Positions 1 to 7,121 of a stretch of DNA of 64,000 bases are shown here, piece by piece. Each line of letters begins with the position of its first letter. Position 1 is the first letter of the stretch. Position numbers and translations under genes: made by a program. The notes under the pieces were generated by a model that was not told where the DNA came from, ran no database searches, and was given only the letters and a program-made list of their open reading frames with translations. Location of the stretch: contig JAJDAC010000031.1 of NCBI GenBank assembly GCA_029262065.1, positions 1-64,000 of the forward strand. The letters are read 5' to 3'. The stretch is from Candidatus Krumholzibacteriota bacterium (GTDB lineage Bacteria; Krumholzibacteriota; Krumholzibacteriia; JAJRXK01).

Positions 1-624
1 GTCGCTGACCAGTTCGCCGCGGCGTAGCAGCTGGGCATTCACCTGGTATTGATCGGCGTCCCAGAGGCCGCCGGGTTCGATGGGGCAGGTGCACAGCAGC
101 TTCACACCGGCTTCCACCGCGATGGTTGCGCCGGGCTCAAGTGGAGTTTCCATGGTAGGGCTCAGGATCCGGACGATCAGGCCGTGCAGTTCCAGCACCA
201 GTCCCTCGCCCTGGATGTCATGTCCCGGCAGCATCAACAGGGTTCTCGACGCGCGAGCGGGCGTTCCCGTGAACCCCACGGGTGCTAGGGCCTCGACGCG
301 AACCCAGGTGGGGCGATCCAGGTCGAGGGCGGTCGTGAACTGTGCGGCTCCGGGAGTGTCGAAGACCTGGGCGCCCCGCTCGCGCGGTTGGACGATGATC
401 TTCTTCGTGTCCCCGGTCTTTCCCCACGCGGTGCCGCGCGCCAACGGTTCGCCGGATTCGGCGTCGTAGATACTGACTTCGGCGCCGCCCGAGAGGTCAC
501 CGATGAGCTTCGCGTCGTGGGCCAGGACGCGCACGGTGACGTTGGTGGTTTCCGCGCGAGCCAGACTGGCGGAAGTGGCGACGCCAATCAGAAGAACCGC
601 AATGACCGGTAGAAGTCGACGCAT
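1..624 (-). CDS. Hypothetical secreted protein, N-terminal part. The gene continues beyond the window start.
   Basis: Not in the ORF track because there is no stop inside the window. The reverse-complement frame is open from ATG 624..622 down to position 1. It translates to MRRLLPVIAVLLIGVATSASLARAETTNVTVRVLAHDAKLIGDLSGGAEVSIYDAESGEPLARGTAWGKTGDTKK..., which has an N-terminal signal-peptide-like segment and globular composition. Confidence 0.5.
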   Translation of the reverse strand, partial: MRRLLPVIAVLLIGVATSASLARAETTNVTVRVLAHDAKLIGDLSGGAEVSIYDAESGEPLARGTAWGKTGDTKKIIVQPRERGAQVFDTPGAAQFTTALDLDRPTWVRVEALAPVGFTGTPARASRTLLMLPGHDIQGEGLVLELHGLIVRILSPTMETPLEPGATIAVEAGVKLLCTCPIEPGGLWDADQYQVNAQLLRRGELVSD

Positions 625-706
625 GGCAATGGCTCCCGAAAGCAAAAGGACAACCGCGAACTCGGACCACTGCCTTGGTAACAACGCCGCACCTTCTTGG
701 CCAGGG

Positions 707-904
707 TCAGTCGTCCTTTGACCCCGATCGCCTTCGTAGCGCGTCTCGTAGGAGATACTCGATCTGGGCGTTCAGGCTGCGAAAGTCCTGGGCGGCCCAC
801 CCCTTCAGTTCGGCCAGCAGCTCGGGCGACAGCCGAAGCAGAAACGACTTTCGCGGAGCGCCACGAGGGCGCTCCGCCGGGGGATCGTGGGAGTTGTCGC
901 TCAC
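707..904 (-). CDS. Arc/MetJ-type ribbon-helix-helix DNA-binding protein.
   Basis: 65 aa. A disordered basic N-terminus is followed by [39 protein letters not shown], the typical Arc-like RHH beta-strand plus two helices. It lies 9 nt downstream of the SPFH gene on the same strand. Confidence 0.6.
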   Translation of the reverse strand: MSDNSHDPPAERPRGAPRKSFLLRLSPELLAELKGWAAQDFRSLNAQIEYLLRDALRRRSGSKDD

Positions 905-913
905 AACACGCCG

Positions 914-1798
914 CTAATTGTAGAGGCTACCGGTATTGATCACGGGCTGAGCGTCGGTATTGCCGCACAGAACCACCAGCAGATTGCCGACCAACGTGGC
1001 TCGACGTTCGTCGTCGAGCTGAACGATGTTCTTTTCGCTCAGGGAACTCAGGGCCTCTTCCACCATGCTCACGGCTCCTTCGACGATCAGCTTACGGGCG
1101 GCGATGATGGCCGACGCCTGCTGGCGCTGCAGCATGGCCGACGCGATCTCGGCCGCGTACGCCAGGTGGCTGAGGCGGGCTTCGATCACGTTGATCCCGG
1201 CCCGGTCGAGTCGCTTCTGGAGTTCTTCCTGCAGCTCCTGATTCACATCGTCGTTGTCGCCGCGCAGCGAAGGGATTTCGTGGGCGTTCGTATCGTCGTA
1301 GGGGTGGGCACTGGCCAGGCGGCGCACCGCCGTTTCGATCTGGACGTCCACGTAGTTGCGGTAGTCCTCGACGTCGAACATCGCCTGCGCAGTGTCGCGC
1401 ACCTGCCACACCACCACGGCGCCGATCTCGATGGGATTGCCGTCGAGATCGTTCACCTTGATGGTGCTGCTGGCGATGTTGTTGGCCTTCAGCGATACCC
1501 GCTGGCGCGAAGCAAAGGGGTTGGCCCAGTGGAACCCGGCGCGGCGCACCGTGCCGCGATACTTGCCGACCAGAACGAAGACCTTGGCATCGTTGGGGTT
1601 CACCACGAACAGGCCGCGCAGCGTCAGGATCACGGCCGGAATGGAGAGCACCAGAAGGATGATGTACGCGGGGCTGGGTTCCGACAGCGCGATGGCGCCG
1701 AGCACCAGCCCGATGATGCCAGCAATACAGAGAAGGAGGATGAGGGCACCAGGGGCGGTGCTCAGGGCAACCTCACGCGAACGGGTGGTGGCGTTCAT
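914..1798 (-). CDS. SPFH/band-7 (stomatin/prohibitin/flotillin-like) membrane protein.
   Basis: 294 aa. It has an N-terminal TM helix ([21 protein letters not shown]...), an SPFH core ([29 protein letters not shown]...[34 protein letters not shown]) and a C-terminal coiled-coil/Ala-rich tail. Confidence 0.85.
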   Translation of the reverse strand: MNATTRSREVALSTAPGALILLLCIAGIIGLVLGAIALSEPSPAYIILLVLSIPAVILTLRGLFVVNPNDAKVFVLVGKYRGTVRRAGFHWANPFASRQRVSLKANNIASSTIKVNDLDGNPIEIGAVVVWQVRDTAQAMFDVEDYRNYVDVQIETAVRRLASAHPYDDTNAHEIPSLRGDNDDVNQELQEELQKRLDRAGINVIEARLSHLAYAAEIASAMLQRQQASAIIAARKLIVEGAVSMVEEALSSLSEKNIVQLDDERRATLVGNLLVVLCGNTDAQPVINTGSLYN

Positions 1799-1944
1799 GC
1801 CGGGACCTCCAGGGGTTTGAATGTTCTACCATAATGATATCATTTTGATACGAGAACTCCACCAGGAAGGTTGCCCATAACTTCTGGCTCGGCCATACTG
1901 CGTGGCCGGCCAGTGCCGTAAAGTGTTGTGCTGGAACCAGAAAC

Positions 1945-2991
1945 GTGATCGGAAGAATCCTGGTGGGACGTCTAGGACAACTGATGCCCGGATTGGCGCT
2001 GGTGGTGGTGCTGGGTCTGATCGTGCGCCTGACCCACGGATGGTTGCCGCCGGCATGGGGACGGGCCATGGGCGAAGCCATCCTGGGCGTGCTTGCGGGT
2101 CTGGCTATCGGCAACCTGGCTTCGCCAGGAGATCGCTTCCGCCCCGGAATCCGATTCGCGGCCAATACGCTATTGCGAAGCGCCATCGTCCTGCTCGGCG
2201 CGCGCATTTCCTTCCAGGTGGTGTTGGCCATTGGCGGCCAGGCCCTGGGCATCATCGTGGCGCTCATGGTCATCGCGCTGGTGGTTACGCACACGCTGGG
2301 GCGAGCCATGGGGGTTTCGAAGAAACTGGCCACGTTGCTGGGCGTGGGCACCGCCGTGTGTGGCAACAGCGCCATCTCGGCGGCGGCCCCGGTGATCGGC
2401 GCCACCGATGAAGACGTGTCGTTGGCCATTGCCACCAATACGCTGTTCGGCACCATCGCCGTTTTTCTCTACCCCGTTCTGGGTCAGTGGATGGATATGT
2501 CGCCGACGTTCTTCGGAACCTGGGCCGGTACCGCGGTCAACGACACCAGCCAGGTTGTGGCCACCGGGTTTTCCTTCGGTGAAGAGGCCGGTCGCGTGGC
2601 CACCACGGTCAAGCTCACGCGCAACGCACTCATGGCGGTGGTCATCGTTGGCTTGTCGGTGGCGTACAAGGGAGAGGCTGACGATCAGTCGACGGGAACC
2701 TGGGGGTTCGTGCGTCGTTCCATCCCACCGTTCGTGCTGGGTTTCCTGGTGCTTTCGGCGCTGACCACGGCTGGCGTGGTGGATAGGTTGAGCGGGCTGG
2801 TGGGTCGCGACCTGGCGCGCGACGCGGGCCAGGTGTCCAAGTTCTTCATATTGCTGGCCCTGACCGGCGTGGGGCTGAGTACGCGGGTAGCGACGTTTCG
2901 TCGCACGGGTCCGGCGCCGTTCGTCCTGGGTCTGGCCGCCGCGACCACCGTGTCGGTGACCAGCCTGCTTCTGCTCAGGTGGCTGTATTAG
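1945..2991 (+). CDS. yeiH: YeiH/UPF0324 family membrane protein (putative sulfate exporter family, PF03601).
   Basis: 348 aa and polytopic. Conserved block GVGTAVCGNSAISAAAPVIGA...TNTLFGTIAVFLYPVLG is typical of the Cons_hypoth698/YeiH family. Confidence 0.8.
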   Translation: MIGRILVGRLGQLMPGLALVVVLGLIVRLTHGWLPPAWGRAMGEAILGVLAGLAIGNLASPGDRFRPGIRFAANTLLRSAIVLLGARISFQVVLAIGGQALGIIVALMVIALVVTHTLGRAMGVSKKLATLLGVGTAVCGNSAISAAAPVIGATDEDVSLAIATNTLFGTIAVFLYPVLGQWMDMSPTFFGTWAGTAVNDTSQVVATGFSFGEEAGRVATTVKLTRNALMAVVIVGLSVAYKGEADDQSTGTWGFVRRSIPPFVLGFLVLSALTTAGVVDRLSGLVGRDLARDAGQVSKFFILLALTGVGLSTRVATFRRTGPAPFVLGLAAATTVSVTSLLLLRWLY

Positions 2992-3072
2992 TCGCGACAA
3001 GTCGCGATGGATTAGTCGCGACAAGTCGTGATGGGTCTAGTCGCGACAAGTCGCGATGGGTTTAGTCGCGGT
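2989..3072. repeat. Tandem direct repeat, about 3.4 copies of a 24-25-bp unit TAGTCGCGACAAGTCGCGATGGNT(N).
   Basis: Units occur at 2989-3012, 3013-3037 and 3038-3062, with a partial unit at 3063-3072. Each unit contains GTCGCGA-CAA-GTCGCGA. The first TAG is the yeiH stop codon, and the last copies encode the C-terminal tail of the convergent CPXCG gene. Confidence 0.85.
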
Positions 3073-3265
3073 CGGCGTCGGCGCCGACCTCGCCGCCCGG
3101 CTCCACGCGGAGCCGGATGGGTCGGCAACACACCTCGCAGTCTTCCACGTACTCCTGCGCGCGGTCGGTTGGTTCCACCAGCATCGAAATCTGCTGCCAG
3201 CACCATGGACACTGGAAGAAGTGTTCAGATTCTTCGGGGCCCGGTTCAAAGTCTTCAGATTCCAT
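3062..3265 (-). CDS. CPXCG-motif cysteine-rich small protein (Cys_rich_CPXG-like).
   Basis: The core is FQCPWCWQQISMLVEPTDRAQEYVEDCEVCCRPIRLRVEP, with a CPxC pair followed by a CxxCC. The track ORF starts at 3316. I prefer the internal ATG at 3265 (MESEDFEPG...) because it avoids a 43-nt overlap with the upstream gene's 3' end. Confidence 0.55.
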   Translation of the reverse strand: MESEDFEPGPEESEHFFQCPWCWQQISMLVEPTDRAQEYVEDCEVCCRPIRLRVEPGGEVGADADRD

Positions 3266-3273
3266 GGAGCGCG

Positions 3274-4497
3274 CTACCGTGCGTCGTCGAACTCGATCCG
3301 CTCGACTTCTTCCCACTCCAGGAACACCGGGCGGTCGTCGTCGCTGTCGAAGATGAGGATGCCGTCGTTGCGGTCGCTTACGTCCTGGCTGTCTTCGAGT
3401 CGCAGTTCCTCACCGTTGCGCAGCAGGATCATGCTCTCGTCCCGGTCGCGCGGTTCGATCGATGCGATGTTCTCGAACGGGATGTAGTATTCGACGTCGT
3501 GGTGTGACCCGTGCAGGATCTCCCACCCTTCGGCCTCGTCCAGGTCGAAGACGATACGTCCCGCGTGCGTATTTCCGTCGATGTCGGTGACGCGTCCCGC
3601 CAGCAGGGAACCGGGTCCGAACTCGTCGTAGCCCCGTCCGCTCGGCGCGTCGGCTTCGAACTCGGCGCGATCAAATTCGTCCCACGGGATCTTCACGCGT
3701 CCGTAGCGTTCATCTTCGACGAAGATGCCGCGGATCTCGCTGTTGACGTCGTTGGTTCCGCGCAACTTCAGCTCGCGTCCGTCGAACAGTTCGACCAGCG
3801 AGCTGCGGCGTCCGCGGCGCTCGATGGCGCGAATGCGACCCATCTCGATGGCCATGTTTCCGTCTTCGGACTCGCCGTCCAGGAGGTCGGTGCTCAGGCA
3901 CTCTTCAATGTCCCATTGCACGAATCCGTGGAAATCGCCCGCGTCGGTCATGACTTTGGCGCGCAAACGATGCGCGTCGACTTTCAACGAACTCGGGGTG
4001 GGCATGAACGTGATGGTATCGATGCGATCCCATTTCAGTTCGATATTCCCCAGACTTTCGTCCCAGACATGGATGGTGCCGCCCACGTCGTTGGAATAAC
4101 CGCTGATGGGGTGCACCTGACCGTTCTTCATCACGATGTCGGCGTCTTCATCGCCGGTGACGCGGATTTCCTTGATGTCGCCGAAGCGGGCCACGAACTG
4201 CCGGCTGCCTTTCCATTGGGAATTTCCCCAGTCAATTCTGTAGCCCAGGATACGGATGCGTCCACGGGAGCGCTCCCGTCCCTGATCCTCGGCGTCTTCC
4301 ATGTAGGGCAGTTCTTCCTTCATGGAATTGAAGTGATCGTCCCAGAAGGCCTCTTCATCGGCCCAACGCAGCCGGCCTTCGTAGGTAGACCCGGAACTCA
4401 TGACCACGCGTCCGTACAGGAAGCCCTGTACGTCGGCGCTCGCACTCGGTGCGAGGAGCAGAACCAGCCCGATGGCGATGGGGAATCTCAACTTCAT
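3274..4497 (-). CDS. Secreted hypothetical protein with internal sequence repeats.
   Basis: 407 aa. Signal peptide MKLRFPIAIGLVLLLAPSASA. Acidic and Trp-rich modules recur (GRV..../W.D.E/F..D). No family recognised. Confidence 0.6.
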   Translation of the reverse strand: MKLRFPIAIGLVLLLAPSASADVQGFLYGRVVMSSGSTYEGRLRWADEEAFWDDHFNSMKEELPYMEDAEDQGRERSRGRIRILGYRIDWGNSQWKGSRQFVARFGDIKEIRVTGDEDADIVMKNGQVHPISGYSNDVGGTIHVWDESLGNIELKWDRIDTITFMPTPSSLKVDAHRLRAKVMTDAGDFHGFVQWDIEECLSTDLLDGESEDGNMAIEMGRIRAIERRGRRSSLVELFDGRELKLRGTNDVNSEIRGIFVEDERYGRVKIPWDEFDRAEFEADAPSGRGYDEFGPGSLLAGRVTDIDGNTHAGRIVFDLDEAEGWEILHGSHHDVEYYIPFENIASIEPRDRDESMILLRNGEELRLEDSQDVSDRNDGILIFDSDDDRPVFLEWEEVERIEFDDAR

Positions 4498-4535
4498 CTC
4501 GTCTTCTCCTGGAACTCGGCGGCGTGAGGGGTTGG

Positions 4536-5087
4536 TCAGTGAACTCGAGTGTCTCTATCATCGTCGCCCTCGAAGCGGGGCACGGGATCGAAATCGGCGC
4601 GGGCATGGGACAGGCTCCATGAGCCTTCTTCTGTCTCGCGGTAGAAAACCTGTTCGAGCAGATTGAGCATCTCGCGGCGGTAGCGTGGTTCGGCTTCCAG
4701 CATTTCCACGGCAACCTGGACGAAGCGTTGGTCGGACATATCGTTTTGCGATACTCCCACGTCACGCGCCCACGGCGGCGTATCTGATGTGGACAGGGGC
4801 GAAAGAACGAACGTCAGGCTCACGCCCAGGGCCAACATGGCCACGTGGCTCAAGCGGCGACTCCAGCGCCGGCGCGGAGCAACGATTCGTGCCACGGGCC
4901 GCCCTACCGGTAGGGCGGGACTCAGAGATGCGTTCAGGGTGCGCGCCCGCCGGTAGAACGTGCGGCACTCGGCACAGGTGGCGACATGGTCGAGGTGGTC
5001 GAGGTGATCGTACGGTCCCGAACCGTCGCCGGTTTCCCCGTCGATCAGCGCTGACAATTCGATCTGGTGATGTTCACATTGGCTCAT
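4536..5087 (-). CDS. Anti-sigma factor (zf-HC2 type), membrane-anchored.
   Basis: N-terminal CEHHQIELSALIDGE....CAECRTFY putative zinc-finger motif. One TM segment (VAMLALGVSLTFVL). The start overlaps the stop of the upstream ECF sigma gene by 4 nt. Confidence 0.65.
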   Translation of the reverse strand: MSQCEHHQIELSALIDGETGDGSGPYDHLDHLDHVATCAECRTFYRRARTLNASLSPALPVGRPVARIVAPRRRWSRRLSHVAMLALGVSLTFVLSPLSTSDTPPWARDVGVSQNDMSDQRFVQVAVEMLEAEPRYRREMLNLLEQVFYRETEEGSWSLSHARADFDPVPRFEGDDDRDTRVH

Positions 5088-5614
5088 GGCCGTCTCTCCT
5101 CATCCAGCAACGGGGCCAGCGCTTCTACGACTGCTTTGCGGGCGCGAAACACATCAATCTTCACCTTCGACAGGCTCCAGCCGGTGCGCGAACAGATTTC
5201 GCGGTACGGCAGATTCTCCAGGATCGCCAACTCGAAGGCATGCCGTTGATCGGCCGGCAGTGGCGACAAGGCATCGCGCACGTGGCGGCTCCATTCGTGG
5301 GCTCGCAGGTCGGCCTCGGGTGATCGCTCGGTACTCACCGCGGTTGCATCGAGATCGAAATCCTCGCCCAGATCGCTGGCCACCACCATTCGTGCGTTCA
5401 CGCGCTTCTGATGGTTGATCAGCAGGTTGTGCGCGATCCTCAGTAGATACGCGCGCATCCGCTTCGGGTCGCGCAGGCTGCCTTCGGCTGCCATGGCGCG
5501 GACGAAGGTTTCCTGCGAAAGATCCTGGGCTTCCTCCGACGCACGCGTTCTTCGGCGAAGGTACCCGCGTACCGTCGCCCCGTGCTCGTGGTAGGTCGCC
5601 GCCCAATCGGTCAT
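5084..5614 (-). CDS. ECF (sigma-70 family) RNA polymerase sigma factor.
   Basis: The track ORF extends to 5857, but the homologous sigma begins at the internal ATG 5614 (MTDWAATYHEHGATVRGYL...). Region 2 (FVRAMAAEGSLRDPKRMRAYLLRIAHNLLINH) and region 4 (ILENLPYREICSRTGWSLSKVKIDVFRARK) are recognisable. Confidence 0.85.
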   Translation of the reverse strand: MTDWAATYHEHGATVRGYLRRRTRASEEAQDLSQETFVRAMAAEGSLRDPKRMRAYLLRIAHNLLINHQKRVNARMVVASDLGEDFDLDATAVSTERSPEADLRAHEWSRHVRDALSPLPADQRHAFELAILENLPYREICSRTGWSLSKVKIDVFRARKAVVEALAPLLDEERRP

Positions 5615-5723
5615 GTGGGGTAGACACCGGACGTAGGGAATGGTTGCAGACGTAGGCCACGAATCGGTGATCGACCCGTGGCTCTTCCCGTACGTGTTTG
5701 AATGTCTTGGGGTTGCAGGATCG

Positions 5724-7025
5724 CTAGCGCCCGGGAGAAAGTCCCAGAATCTCGCGGGTGAGGCTCTCGAAGGTCTCCAACAGGGCCTCGTAGGCCGGGC
5801 CCGTGGCCGGGCCTGAGAATCCCGTGTAGACGCCGGCGACCTCGCCGTTCGCGTCAATGAACACGGTGGTGGGGTAGCTGCGAATGCGGTCGAAGAGCGG
5901 CAGCGCCTCGCTGGCCTTCGTCTTGTCGGACACGCCGGCTACCAGGACCGGATACTCCACACCGTGTCGCCGCACGTAGCGGCGCACGAGTCGGCGGTCG
6001 CGTTCGTCGTCGCCGGTCAGCTCGAACGCCAGTCCAAGCACCGATAGTCCCTGGTCACGGTAACGCTGGTGTAGATCCACCAACAGGCGGGTCGCGTCCT
6101 GGCAGTTCGGACACCACGACCCGAATACGTACAGCAAACGGGGGCCCGTGCCCAAAGCGGGGTCGTTCAACGCCCGCAATCTCCCGTCGAGGTCGGGGTA
6201 TCGAAGGCTGGCCAGATCGATGTCCGGGTTCCACGTGGTCTCGTGCAACGGATCGGGAATCGAGGCCGCTTCGTCGCGCCGGGCCGTCCAGGTCTCGTGC
6301 CAGCTCTCGCGCGACCAGAAGTCACCCTTCAGAGACCCATCGGCTTGAAGCGTCGCGTCGAACAGGAAGGCGTGCGCGCCATCGAAGCACGACAGTCGCA
6401 ATCGACCGTCGACGAGATCGCCCTGCAGATACCGGTAGTCGCCGGTGGCCGTCAGGAACGTTCCCAGAACGGTGCCGTCATCGTGGCGCGAGAAGATGCC
6501 CACCGCCGGCTTCTCATCTTCGGCGAAGTCCACCGCCCATCGTCCGGTGACAGCAGCGGCATCGTTGACTTCGTCGCGTGATGTTTCGAAGCGGTGGGTC
6601 TGGCCCCAACTTGCATGGAATGGAAGCTCGGACCAGGAATCCGGTCCTCGCCGTTTCCGCCAGAAGCCGTCCAGTCGGGTCCCATCCTGGGTGACCTCGG
6701 CCTGGAGCCGGGAATCGTAGTGGTCCATGTCCAGGGTCAGCGTCTCCGACTCCAGAACCGTCTGGGGCACCGGGATGCGTTCTTCGCCGTTCAGGATCCA
6801 AGCCGCCAGCTGGCCGTTCTTCTGATCGATCTGCAGGCCGAAGGGAAGCTCGCCTCCCGGACTGTCGAGCCAGGCCCGCCATGCACCCGGGCGCGGCTGG
6901 CTGCCCTGGGCCGGCGCGTGGGTCAACAGCAGCGCGAGCGCCAGCAAGGGCACCGCAAGCGACACCGGGCGCGCCGCAAGCAGCACCGGGGCCAAAACGG
7001 TGCGAACCAACGGGGGGACTCGCAT
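5724..7025 (-). CDS. TlpA/ResA-like thiol-disulfide oxidoreductase (thioredoxin fold, WCPNC) with an N-terminal tandem beta-domain (lipocalin/DUF4369-like).
   Basis: The track ORF runs to 8246, but a signal peptide starts at ATG 7025 (MRVPPLVRTVLAPVLLAARPVSLAVPLLALALLL). The C-terminus contains LLYVFGSWCPNCQDATRLLVDLHQRY...SYPTTVFIDANGEV. The upstream 1.2 kb of the ORF is antisense to the peptidase gene. Confidence 0.8.
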   Translation of the reverse strand: MRVPPLVRTVLAPVLLAARPVSLAVPLLALALLLTHAPAQGSQPRPGAWRAWLDSPGGELPFGLQIDQKNGQLAAWILNGEERIPVPQTVLESETLTLDMDHYDSRLQAEVTQDGTRLDGFWRKRRGPDSWSELPFHASWGQTHRFETSRDEVNDAAAVTGRWAVDFAEDEKPAVGIFSRHDDGTVLGTFLTATGDYRYLQGDLVDGRLRLSCFDGAHAFLFDATLQADGSLKGDFWSRESWHETWTARRDEAASIPDPLHETTWNPDIDLASLRYPDLDGRLRALNDPALGTGPRLLYVFGSWCPNCQDATRLLVDLHQRYRDQGLSVLGLAFELTGDDERDRRLVRRYVRRHGVEYPVLVAGVSDKTKASEALPLFDRIRSYPTTVFIDANGEVAGVYTGFSGPATGPAYEALLETFESLTREILGLSPGR

Positions 7026-7121
7026 GGACAACCTCTCAACGCGTGGATGGGTGCACCCGACGGGCGACCCGACTACAATGGGCCGCTCATGACCATACCG
7101 CAAAACGAAGGAATTGAACGA

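Noticed and set aside
887-1834. 315-aa plus-strand ORF.
   Set aside because: It is antisense to the SPFH gene. The product is H/G/V/D-rich low-complexity.
2989-3072. CRISPR array?
   Set aside because: There are only about 3.4 contiguous 24-25-bp units with no intervening spacers and no cas genes. I treat it as a simple tandem repeat.
6594-7121. Upstream 165-176 codons of the 995-aa plus-strand track ORF 6594..9581.
   Set aside because: It is antisense to the TlpA-like gene. The peptidase signal peptide starts at ATG 7122 (or 7089).
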